Assembly (NCBI GenBank): GCA_010093745.1
Contig: MU006024.1
Coordinates: 1-64,000 of the forward strand
Direction of reading: 5' to 3'
From: Piedraia hortae CBS 480.64
Lineage: Eukaryota
DNA length: 64,000 nucleotides
In this document: positions 1 to 10,647 of the stretch, piece by piece
Layout of the letters: every line of letters begins with the position of its first letter
Numbering within the stretch: position 1 is the stretch's first letter
The notes under the pieces: generated by a model
Database searches by the model: none
Seen by the model: only the letters and a program-made list of their open reading frames with translations
Told to the model about the DNA's origin: nothing
Made by a program: the position numbers and the translations under genes

Positions 1-135
1 TCATTCACACTACCATGCTGCAACTGGTATTTTTGACTCATATACATCTATATCTTTCCTGTCCCTGATTCCGTCTATCGCTCTGTCCTCTTCGGGTCGC
101 TGTGCACTCTCACCCACGAGATCCAAATCTCTACA
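1..135 (+). mobile_element. 3' part of an LTR (family LTR-A), cut by the window edge
   Basis: 1-135 (tcattcacactaccatgctg...ctaca) is nearly identical to 45151-45284, and both copies end in CA. Confidence 0.75.
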
Positions 136-1400
136 TGGGTAAGGGCTTATGGATAGGGATTCACGTACTTTCTCGTTGAGGCCCCTGAAGGTAGGGGCAT
201 ATATTCATGGTTTTGTCTTAGTGCGAATCCTCACTGAGCTGGGTGCAAGCGCCTCTACCTGTATCTCTTGGTCGGATGGAGGATGGGAAGCTGATCTTCC
301 CTTAAATAAGTCCAATGTCTTTTCCGAAGATTTAGATCGATTCAAAAAGCTACACAAACGACTGCCAAAAGCGTGAGGATAAATTGCGTGTCCCTGTTCT
401 TGTAGTTTGAATGTCTCGTGGCGATATTATTCACTTGTGAAGCTGTAATTCAAAGTGGATGCCCATCTTTTGGGAATCCTCAGTTTCTTCTTACTCTGGT
501 TTATATCCGAAGCGGTTTGATTGATGTTCATAGGGTCATCTTATGTCCGTAGCAAGTTCCCGCGAACATTGACCGGACCGCGAATACAGAGACTGTATAG
601 GGCGAGGTACATTATATCTCGGTGTTACAACGCAGAGTTTGCGTCTGAGACATTACTGGACGTCTACTTTCCGGAAGGTCCACAGTCTGCCCATTGAAAT
701 CGAGGTGACGGTCTCTACCCATTTCCTCTCTTCCGTATGTCCATGTTACCCTCCCCTTCCATAACGATCACTTTAAATGGCTCGGCATCTATCTAAACCC
801 AACTCTTATTCGGCTTCAATAACCCAGAGCAACTCCTCTCGATCCACATTTCGCCTCAGCTATCGGGCACATGGCCCAGCGATGCAGTTATAATGAGATA
901 AATGTCTCAAAGACATAATTCTTGGAGAGACTGTTGGAGATTCGTCTCTTGCCTTGTAAGAGCGAGAAATAGCAAGTCTCGATGACATACGTTATTTTCT
1001 TCCAATTTCAGTCCTCAAACTTCCTGCCCACTCTCATCTTCATTTAGCCCAAGGCCGGAGATATTAGATATTTTTATCTCCGAAACTACAAGAACCCTTA
1101 AAATAATGTGCCCTACGAAGGTAGTCATGCGTATTACCCAAAAACCTCAACGCATCATTCTTCACAGTAGAGTCCCTCCCCAAAAGATATCGCTCTCCAA
1201 CCCAAAAATGCCGGCAGGGGAGATATATCTCTTCAGATACCTGCCCATGGATATACCCCATCGACCTATAAAGTCTCCTCCAGCAGGGAAAACACTAATC
1301 TTCCTGGATTTCTACGGCAAAGAATCCTTCAGCAAAACCACAGTAATTTGACTATATCGAAAAATAAGTTTGCAATCTAAACGCTTCAAATCGAAAAATT
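136..1400 (-). pseudogene. Degraded ORF of unknown family
   Basis: One minus-strand frame reads as protein for hundreds of codons (CHRDLLFLAL...HRDIMYLALYSLCIRG...YPHAFGSRLCSFLNRS). It is broken by isolated TAA/TAG/TGA codons compatible with C->T changes. Confidence 0.35.
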
Positions 1401-1739
1401 TCCAGTTTGAGAAGTCGAAACTTATTCCTGGAGTTAGTTCCAGATCTTTGGATATTAGGTTAAATTGTGAGTGTACACATATGCACGCAATCTAACCTGA
1501 TTTCAAGTGGGAAAACTAGGTAGTTTTCCCACTCACTGGAACGGAGTGTCTATCACTAATATAGAGGCTTTTCTCTACCAGTATAGATACCATGTGGTCG
1601 AGGAAGCAGATAATGATTTAGTCTGAATGGGTTGAAGAATCCCAGCTGGACTATGACCAGACATCAATACCAGTAATGAGATAACAAACAAAAACTACAC
1701 CTTGACGCATCAACCCTCCTACGCATAAAAATCCGAGAA

Positions 1740-2516
1740 TCAGCTCGCCTCTCCAACAACCGACAAACACTGTGAAGGGGATCCGGCGCCGCAAAGACCA
1801 AATCTGGTCGTTTGGCCAACTTTATGCATATCAACAGTCATCCCGTCGAGTACAAGCCGGGGTACGTAGTCGTATAGAGTGCCTAGACGAATGTGATGCA
1901 CATATAGCGACTGTGCCACTTCTCTGATTGTACCAGTGCTACAATTCTCTACAAATGTCATTACATGGCTCTGACCTGCATGCGATATCATAAAGCTTTC
2001 TGGATCGTCTTGCTCGAAGTATGTGAAGTGTATGTAATTTTCACCTGTTGCAGCTGGCGAGTCCGCCATATCTAAAGTCGCCAGTGACAACTCCGGTCCT
2101 ATGCATACCCTCTTATGCTCATGTGCACACATATTGCGGAATGGACCCCTTGTATAACTTCGGAAGAGACAGCCATAGTGATCCACTACATTAGTGCGCA
2201 GGGCCTTGTCGGGGAGGACTGCATCATAATGCTTAGCCCTAGCATATACCACGTATTTCTTCATAACTGACTTCATTTCGTACGGTACTTTACGTGGTAC
2301 TTTGTGCTCGAACCTCTCCATGTATATATGTGGCACACTGGAGTCTGAGACGTACCCTCTAGAATCACGCTTATTCTCGCTTTGCCTATTGGCGCAAACC
2401 TGGCAGGTACACAGCCTGTCAGAACGAGCGTCTTTTGCGAACAGCATACCTCTTTTCCTGCCTTGTCTTGTGGACGAGGGTTGCGTGGTGGAAGGAGTCG
2501 ACATGGTGGTGTCCAT
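1740..2516 (-). CDS. Intact 258-aa orphan protein with an N-terminal CxCxxC motif
   Basis: Uninterrupted intronless ORF surrounded by degraded sequence; no family recognised. Confidence 0.5.
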   Translation of the reverse strand: MDTTMSTPSTTQPSSTRQGRKRGMLFAKDARSDRLCTCQVCANRQSENKRDSRGYVSDSSVPHIYMERFEHKVPRKVPYEMKSVMKKYVVYARAKHYDAVLPDKALRTNVVDHYGCLFRSYTRGPFRNMCAHEHKRVCIGPELSLATLDMADSPAATGENYIHFTYFEQDDPESFMISHAGQSHVMTFVENCSTGTIREVAQSLYVHHIRLGTLYDYVPRLVLDGMTVDMHKVGQTTRFGLCGAGSPSQCLSVVGEAS

Positions 2517-2519
2517 CTG

Positions 2520-4986
2520 AATTAGTTAAAGACCGCCATCAGGACCTGGCAGGCGATGACGGGGATGCCCTGAAACAATTCCCGCCCTCCACCGAATCCT
2601 CTACAAACTGCGTCAACCGAAAAACATGAGATTGAACTGGCGGTGTCCTTGTGGAAAGTTTTCATGGCGATTGGAGTTCGAGCGTCTAAATTCGTGGCTG
2701 CTTGAGCTGGTCCATCTGGAAAGGACGATCATAGCAGGATGAAGACATCTCGATGGAGTCTGCCTGCGAAGGCAAGAACGCCACAAGGGTCAACAGCATG
2801 CTTTCGGTTCGGCACCCACACCACATCTGCTGGTAGCCATTCAAGCTCGTGGAGGTTGAAGGGCTTCGCATCTTTTTCTTGCAAAAGGGCATGTTCAGCG
2901 GTGTAGTTGGATGTTGGTGACTTGTTCCAATTCTTAAGCTGCCGTGGGGAGAGGTAGCTGGTGAACCCATCCCGTTGTCGTCCAGTGGAAAGCCTCCTTG
3001 CCTGTAAGTTCGTAGAATGGGGCCGCCTTGGTGGCGAGTTGGAGGGTAAAGTTGCGAAACTGATTCGCTGTTCCGAGGAACTGTTGGTGTTCTTTTATGT
3101 TGGTCAGGACAGGCCATGAGTGGAAGGCGTACGATGATGTATCCGGCGAGATCCTCTTATGGGAGACGTCATGGCCGATGGGCCTGATGGTTTTCTTGCT
3201 GTAGACTGATTTGGCCTCAGTGATAGTGAGTTGACGCTTGCGTAGGATGTCAAGGACTTATTGCACGTGGACGTCATGGTCTGAGGCGTCAGCTGAATGG
3301 ATCAGGATATCATTAAGGTAGGCAAATGCGAAAGACGAAACAGGTTTGAGAGTAGCGTCGACGTACCGTTGGAAATCGCTGGGCCGTTCTTGATATCGAA
3401 AGGCATGAGGTTGTATTCGAACATGTCTATATTGCATTTTAACGCAGTCTTGGCCCGGGAGGTGGGGGAGACAGGGATGCGGTGGAAAGCATATTTCAAG
3501 TCAATGAGTGAGAAGATTTTTGAGCTGGCAGCTTGCTCCAACAGGTGGGCCAAGTTGGGAATTTGGTAATCGTCGGTTTACATAACGTCGTCAAGGTGTC
3601 GGTTATCGACGCACATGTGCAAAGTGCCGTCCTTCTTTGGGACAAACAAGATGATCGCGGCGCGATCGGCAGTGAAAGGTTTGATCCACCCGTTCTCCTG
3701 GCCTTCTTGCAGAGTTTTGTCGAGGGCGGGCCTCCTCTGTGGTCAATAGGGCTCTTGGGTTCTTGCCGTTCTTGGTCGGGGCGTTGGTTTTGATATGGCA
3801 TACGCCCGTGAGGCCCTCCTCCTTAATGTAAGGAAGCCCCAGGAGCAATTTTTTCCGTCAGATTGCCGACCACGTAACAGAGGTTAAATTTGCCTTTGAC
3901 TTCGATAAAAACTTGATCGGCGTGATCGGCGATGGGTATCCCAGTTGGTCCCTTGAGGGTGACTCAAAATGGTAGGCGCTCCATCGGGGCAATGGCTTTC
4001 TGGATGCAGTTTACGGCCGCCCAGGTGTCGACGGGGGCCTCGACCGTCACTTCCCCAACCGTGACTGGTATGCGTTCAGCATGGTCCAAATCATGTTCAG
4101 TGACCGAGATTCGGTTGATCATTTTCCCATCCTGGGTTGTTTTAACGTAGCAGTCCTTGGTGAAGTGGCCTGGTCGGTGGCAACGCCCGCATTCCTGCGT
4201 AGTCCCCTTGCGTTTCCGGCCACGCCTTCTGCCGTGGGAGGCAGGCCGAGTTTCGGCACCTCCCCTTGCGATCTCTTGAAGCGCCTCGATGCGCTTGGCA
4301 TTCGCCTTCAATGCCTCGTAGTTGGAGATGTCCGAGTGGATCAGGCCGAAGCGGATTGCTAGCTTAAGGGCTTGGTAAAAGAACGTCTTGCAGGTCTGTG
4401 ACGGCCAGTTCACCTGGTCGGCGAAGGAATCCAGCTCAGCAATAAGTTCAGGCACGGTAGTGCGATGACGGAGGCGAGTAATGCGGAGTTGGGCCTGCAC
4501 GTTGCGGACCTCGTCCGATTCGTCGAAGGCCTCGTTCAACGCGTTCTCGAATGCGCTCCACTTCTGCAACAATACAGGCCTATTGGGCGCAGTGCGAAAG
4601 AACCAGTTCTGGGCTTTGCCGCGCAGTTGGTTGGCGGCGTAGGTGCACTTGATAGCTGGGTCTCGCAGGTAACTGTCGAGCATTTCCTTCAACCGGATAT
4701 GCATGAAGAATGCCGACAGGTCTTGGGGGCGGCCCGCGAAGGTGCGCAACCCCCCCCCCCCCCCCCAATCCGTCGACACTTCGAAGCTGTGCGATTTCTT
4801 ATCCTCTGAGTACTCCTCGTCGCTAGGTTGGGTGTGAGGGAAGAACCCTGCTGCGAGATGAACGACCGAAGGCGTATACGGTGAGCGATGACCGAGCCAG
4901 AGGGGTAGACCCGACGGGGAAATCGCGCGCTGCTGTCTGGGAGGAGTGCTAGGAGGAGTGCGAGCAGGGAGTTCCCTTTCGCTCAT
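2520..4986 (-). mobile_element. Degenerate Ty3/gypsy retrotransposon: gag, protease, RT, RNase H, truncated integrase
   Basis: Gag ORF 3964-4986 has a zinc knuckle (CGRCHRPGHFTKDC) and an altered protease motif (VDTWA). RT motifs IFSLIDLKYAFHRIPV, KTA and MFEYNLMPF are at 3302-3553. Pol is frameshifted. Confidence 0.9.
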
Positions 4987-5199
4987 GAACGATCACAAAT
5001 GAAAGACAAAGCGTGAGCGTCAGCAACGAGAGTTATCTGAATTGCAACAACTTTTCACTTGTGATGGAAGAAGGAGAGGAGAGAAAGTCCAGCGGGCCGA
5101 CTTTGCCTGCGTTGAGGCATAGTGCAAGTTTCCACAGGTGATCACCAACCATGGCAACATTCAGCGTGTCCTGCCAGAGATATCTCACTTCGGAATGCG

Positions 5200-6100
5200 C
5201 AACTGAGGCTGGCGTTCATCGCGGTGACGCCCGGCAAAAAGCCTGCGATGCTGTGCAACGTCGTTCCACCTGATTAAGTGGACGGTTCCTTGAGAAAGAG
5301 CGAATGCAAAATCTCGTACGAGGAATCCTGTTGTGAAGCCCTCAAGGTTTTACAGCTACGCTAGAGGATGCTTGCTGCTGACAAGACTGGCTTTTTGCGT
5401 GGTCAGTCCCTTTATGTGGCGCAACACTCGGGGCCGCAAAACGTCGGCCATACCTTTCCATCCTGTGGCTGTCAGGGAACACCAAAAACAGTCCATGAAC
5501 TCTTGGGCGCCACGGACTTAAAATAGCCGATGCGAGAGAGGTTTATGAACGCCTTGTGCCGGTCAGCGAGTTTGTCGTCGACTTCATCGCTCATTTGCAT
5601 CTGCTCGGGCATGCGACCAGGCATTTTACGAGCCATCATTGCCAAGGAAGCCCTGCCCTGCCTCAAAATATGTGCGGATTGGATGGGGCCTTGCATGATG
5701 ATGTCGCATCTGGCCCTAATTGCCCCCAATTCTGCTCAATGTTTTTCTATCTCTTCCATCTTCTCCTTGAAGTCCTTCTTGAACGTTTTCGCCAGCTGGA
5801 TCGGGCATCCTGCGGGTTGTCTTAGAATATATCGTGCACACGATCCAGCGCGTTAGGGATGACGTGATCCAAAAGGATGTATGGGACCAGGTCCATCCTT
5901 GGTTTGATGAAGCGATGCAGATAATCACGGTCGTCTTGGGGACCGAAATTGCCAACTCGTTGGACGATTGTGCCCGCAACCCCCACTTGCCTGGCTGGTA
6001 CCATTGGGCCCACATATATGCCCAAAGGTACATATAAACGCGGGCTCGGCACCAAGAATACATCTCTCTGGTGCTTTCTTGACGAGCACAAGGTCCGCAA
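5200..6100 (-). mobile_element. Degenerate DNA-transposase-like fragment (fungal MULE/SWIM type)
   Basis: EMYSWC..YLWAYMWAQWYQPGKWGL..S..KTT, followed in another frame by PRMDLVPYILLDHVIP; a pattern I recognise from fungal Mutator-like ORFs. Confidence 0.55.
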
Positions 6101-6104
6101 AGCA

Positions 6105-6323
6105 TTACACTGAAGTCCGCCATAGCCTTGGTCGACTTGGTAACTGGATCCGACACTTTGCCAGCACGACAGTTTTCCGGTCCTTCCAATACCTTTCCAA
6201 AGCCACCTCAGTGCTGCACTGTACCGCGTCAAGAAATTGTAGCATGCGGTGAGGCTGCTCCACCTTCGACATGAAGCGTTCAAGGCTTTCATGGTCCGTG
6301 ATGACCATGATCAAGTCGAACAC
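6105..6323 (-). mobile_element. Gypsy RNase H fragment
   Basis: VITDHESLERFM...RMLQFL...KTVVLA resembles the Ty3 RNase H pattern TDH.SL...R..RW...GK.NV.AD. Confidence 0.6.
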
Positions 6324-6547
6324 TCGAACTTCACAACATTGGCTCCCTTAGGCTTCGAGTTTGGTTCGTCTCTATACCGGCACCACTCTTGTCCTGCGTG
6401 TTGTCTGAGTGCGGAGATGCGGAGGCGCAGGGCCTTTTAACGCGTTAGTGGATTGCGTCCCTCGGCTAGGTTTTTTCTGGGCCCCTTACGCTATCGGCAG
6501 CGCTCGTCTAACGGATACGGCACTTCCGGATGAGTCACACAATCCAG

Positions 6548-7050
6548 CTATTCCATAAACTTTTGATCCTGCCATGGGGGAAGCAGTTTCGTCAAGCCAT
6601 CTGCTTCCATTGTCAAAGGTGTAGTCCACTGGACCTCCATGGTCCCTTGGCGATGCTCTTGTCTATGCCAGTGCTTGTGGACATCAATGTGCTTGAGCTT
6701 TGCATCCACATTGAATATATTCGCAATGTCTGTGTATTGTTGCAGAGGAGCTAAGGCATGTCGAGCTTCAGCCGTATTGCAACAAATAATTAAGACCACC
6801 AAAGGAATGTGCTCGCAGTAGGTGAGAGAACCAGTAGCTCACCCTCAGTTGACGACTTGGTGATTTTTAGTAAACTTCGACTCAACAGGTCCATCCTCAG
6901 GCATAGAGATATGGCCTTTCGTGCCTTTGTGGTGCGTCCGCCAAGGCTAAAATCTTTCCTGTGCCGCACAACGCCGCTGCGTGAGGTCCGAGACATTGCT
7001 CACGAGAGCAGCTGAATATGATGATCGCATTGGTAGAAAGTGATGAGTTT
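6548..7050 (-). mobile_element. Ty1/copia RNase H fragment
   Basis: SSTEGELL, KHIDVHKHWHRQE and MEADGLTKLLP match the copia pol C-terminus. Confidence 0.8.
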
Positions 7051-7256
7051 GAAAGAGGTGCTGCTGTAGAAGTCTTGCACTGAAGGCATTTTTGCATTCG
7101 GTAAAATATGAGTGCGGGCCCGAAAAATCCCCGATTTCGGTGGCCCCACATGCGCTTCGGGTCTAACGCCGCTTAGCCTTAGCGCATAAGAAGGTTCGGC
7201 CCGCCCGCTGTCAACCAGAACGTCGCAGGGCGAAGAGATCCCCAGAATTATCTCCG

Positions 7257-8642
7257 ATGCCGGAACGCAGACCGGCCCGACGCATTCGCCAACTTCCTCT
7301 TCTTACGGAATCACAATCCACTCTCACTCAGCACTTTCTCTTTGGCAAGACAGCGGACGAAAGCGGCGACGGATCGCGAGTGAAGAAGCAAACGAAGAGG
7401 GCCTCACGGCTACGGAACAGAGGCATGACGGTCGATGAGGTCAGACAGAAGAGGGAGAAGCGGATGGTTCATGAGATGAGGTGCACGGATTGGACGAAGA
7501 AGGAGGAGGCAGTCGTGAGGGATAGTCAGGCTGATACAGATGAGGCGTTGGTTGAGGTCAAGGGGGAGGAATTGGCCGCCGTAACTCCGAAGAAGACGCG
7601 GTTTGAGGAGGTTCCTTCCTCACAGAGGACGGAAGAGACGTCTCTGGATGCAGAGCGAATGTCCTTTCAAACGCCAAAGAGGACTCGCTTTGTGGAGATA
7701 CCTTCGTCATTGAGTTCGGAAAGTGTCATTCAGCTTTCGACTCAAAAGTCGAAGCGGTTCAAGAGCATCGAGACTCCACCGCAGAAGATTGCATTGTCGC
7801 AGGGTGATTTGGATGCTACGCCGAGCAAAATGCAGTCGTCGCCACTAAAGTATTGTCATGTTCTGGGCGAGTTGGAGGGAACTCCGACTAAGAGGCAGAA
7901 GCTGGGATATGCATCACCGATGCAGCGCTACTCACCTGGGCAGAGTCTTGCTGAGACCCCGATCCAAAGGCGGAGTTTGGTGGTGGAGGGCTTTGACGTC
8001 CCGGCTACTCCTCCTAAGAGCTGCAGAAGTGATCTGAATCCTCCCAGGAGGCCATTACCCAAAGGAAGCCCAACGCCGCGGGAATTTAGGGTTGTGCAGG
8101 ACTCGCAGGGAACCGACGACGTTTTCTTGGACGATGAAGTGCAATGTACAAACGAGCAACATGACGATCAGCAGGATGATCAAGAAGATGAACAGTACTA
8201 CGAAGACGAAGAAGCATATGAAGAAGAAGAACTCCAATTCACATACGACCCCATCCACTCCGCCCTCGCCCGCGATGCAGCGCGTTTCATGGGGGTATCA
8301 CAACGAAGGGACAGCACAGAAGGCGAAGCCTCCGAAGACCCCACTGGTCTTAAACCCCGGCTCCGTCCCTCTCAGCAAAGCACAGTCATTCCTACGCAAT
8401 CCTCACCTCCAGTCCCAAAACCATCCCAAAAGAACGCCGCCTCCTCATCACCCTACCACACCCCCCGAAAGCCCCACCTTCAGGATTCAGTCTTCAAAAG
8501 CTCCTCCCCCCTCCCCGCACCACCGTGGAGTTCTCCCCCTACTGCGATAAGCGACAAATCCGGCAAAATCCGCGAGACGTTAGAAGACTTTAGCCTCCCG
8601 CCCCCACCACCCCTAAGCTCAAGTTCATATCTAAGTAGATGA
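7257..8642 (+). CDS. Hypothetical Ser/Pro-rich protein (461 aa)
   Basis: Long ORF, QSTLTQ motif, many S/T-P sites, acidic tract. Confidence 0.75.
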   Translation: MPERRPARRIRQLPLLTESQSTLTQHFLFGKTADESGDGSRVKKQTKRASRLRNRGMTVDEVRQKREKRMVHEMRCTDWTKKEEAVVRDSQADTDEALVEVKGEELAAVTPKKTRFEEVPSSQRTEETSLDAERMSFQTPKRTRFVEIPSSLSSESVIQLSTQKSKRFKSIETPPQKIALSQGDLDATPSKMQSSPLKYCHVLGELEGTPTKRQKLGYASPMQRYSPGQSLAETPIQRRSLVVEGFDVPATPPKSCRSDLNPPRRPLPKGSPTPREFRVVQDSQGTDDVFLDDEVQCTNEQHDDQQDDQEDEQYYEDEEAYEEEELQFTYDPIHSALARDAARFMGVSQRRDSTEGEASEDPTGLKPRLRPSQQSTVIPTQSSPPVPKPSQKNAASSSPYHTPRKPHLQDSVFKSSSPLPAPPWSSPPTAISDKSGKIRETLEDFSLPPPPPLSSSSYLSR

Positions 8643-8769
8643 CACACAAGCCAACAATATTAACAAAATTCATACTCATACTCATATCTACCCGTCATTA
8701 CAACCCCCCAAAAGAGAACATACACCCCCCTTCCCCCATTAAAACCCCCCATCAACCCTTCAAAGTAAT

Positions 8770-9087
8770 CTATGCCCCACCCTCCCGTTTGGCATACTCC
8801 TCCTCCATCCTCTCAAGGTACTCCTCGTCCCTCTTCTTCTGCGCTTCATCCGAGACATCCTCAATCCGCCCCCCACCACTAACATTACCCCGATCAATCA
8901 ACTTCCCCTGCGCATCATACGTCTGACTCGTGACAGTAACGGGTTCGTTGAGTCCCTGATGAGCGGAGGTGACGGTTGTGTTGTTTCCGTCAGAATGTGT
9001 CTGTTGTGCGGAGCGGTAGCCGCTCACTTCGCCGTTTACGGAGCTGGTATAGGACATTGAAGAGGAGGAGAAGGTTTGGGTTGGCAT
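8770..9087 (-). CDS. Small conserved fungal hypothetical protein (105 aa)
   Basis: Starts MPTQTFSSSS; the C-terminus YLERMEEEYAKREGGA is typical of a small fungal family. Confidence 0.75.
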   Translation of the reverse strand: MPTQTFSSSSMSYTSSVNGEVSGYRSAQQTHSDGNNTTVTSAHQGLNEPVTVTSQTYDAQGKLIDRGNVSGGGRIEDVSDEAQKKRDEEYLERMEEEYAKREGGA

Positions 9088-9110
9088 TGTTGTTTGATGG
9101 AGGAGGGAGG

Positions 9111-9113
<3 letters not shown>

Positions 9114-9151
<38 letters not shown>
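9114..9151 (+). repeat. G38 homopolymer
   Basis: Direct reading. Confidence 0.95.
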
Positions 9152-9152
<1 letters not shown>

Positions 9153-9556
9153 GGTCAATCAACCTGATGCGATGACGTCAGGGTGATATCAGAGGTGATG
9201 TCATGGGAAGGTGGTGCATGGGGTGATGTCATCGGATTCGAGGCAGGCCGCCCAGGGCAGGTTCTGGATAAGTGACGCGGAGGGCGAATGCCGGATGCTT
9301 TTGTTGGCTTTGGACGGGATGTGCTTTGCTAGGCGTTCGGTTGGCGACTCCCTCTTGAACTACGGCTCCTCGCCGGATTGTGGTGGAAAGGTTTAGTGAG
9401 TGGCAGAGATGGTCAGACTGAGGGGCGACAGGGCCGGTACCAACTGGACCGACTCTGCTCAGTTTCAGAGTGAAGGATAAGCCCCGCCGGCGGATCGTAT
9501 AAGCACACTGCAGTCTTAAATTGCAGACCTCCACGCACACCCAGCTTCCTTCGACC

Positions 9557-10430
9557 ATGTATTCCTCCTCCGACGACGACCGAACCCCAAGCGAAAAAGC
9601 GCAAGAGCAAGTACGCCTACCGCCACCGCACGCTCCCAACCAACGGGCATTGGCCTAATCAACGACATCATCCCCGAAGACTCCGCTCAAAAAGTGCGCA
9701 AACTCCTCCACTTACGCGATGGAACCTACTCCTCCCTCCCATCCAAATACCCTCTCTCCATCAACTACCCCGGCTACGAACCAAACCTATCAGCCTACAC
9801 CACAACCCGCCTCGCCCAGGGCCTGCGATGCATCACCAACCGCACCAAAGAATCCAAGCTCCTCCGCCTTCATGTTCTTCATGGAAATGTACCAAGACGC
9901 CTACTCCAAAGCCCTCGGACTCTCCGGAGAGGAGGGCAATACCACAGTCCAACGAACCGCACTGGCAGTCGTTTAAACCCTGGACGAAGCGCGCAACGAC
10001 CTCCTATCCAGTTCCATCTACTCCGAACCCAGAGACTTGGACGCGTGCATGCAGTATGCCAAACTCCGTCAACTCGCCCTTTTGACGAATTACGGGGCGC
10101 TATGTCGGGAGGCCCCAAACGCCATATCCGCGCGCAATGCTTAGGGAGCTTGAGAGAGCCAAGAACGACGCTTTCGATTTCGGGTTGGAGGGGGATGCGA
10201 AGATGGAATATGACATGCTGAACGAGGAACTGCAAACTTTCGACTGGGCGAATAATCCCATGCGTGGCTTCTGCGGGGGTTTTGCGCTCGGAATGGACTG
10301 GTCTCGGCTCGAGAAGTTGACGAAGGAGTGGATGGACAAGCCAGGTGAGACGGAAGACAAGATTACGTTGTATATCCGGCAGGGAAGGGCGAGGAGGGCG
10401 AGGAGGGCGAGGAAGCGGATCGAGAGGTAG
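9557..10430 (+). pseudogene. Probable disrupted gene of unknown family
   Basis: Protein-like ORF pieces in shifting frames (9694-, 9719-, 10137-10430) with no convincing introns. Confidence 0.35.
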
Positions 10431-10647
10431 ATTAGAAGTCATTCTTCAGATACCGAGATGCCTTTCCGTGAGAGAGTCTTCGATATCATTACTCTGACCA
10501 ACCATCCTCCCCTTCTGTGCAGGTGGCTTGAATGCTGTATCTTTGGAAGGGAATGAGTTCTCAGCCCGTAGGCTTGCAGTGCTGCAATCGTCCAAGTCTG
10601 TCGTTCCTGTTGCCATCATCTTCTGGAAGATCAACCTGTCATAATGC

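Noticed and set aside
136..1400. Mitochondrial-code (TGA=Trp) or mitovirus-like ORF
   Set aside because: TAA/TAG stops remain in every frame and no RdRp GDD motif was seen.
9088..9167. Poly-Pro and poly-Gly ORF extensions
   Set aside because: Translation artefacts of the G homopolymer.
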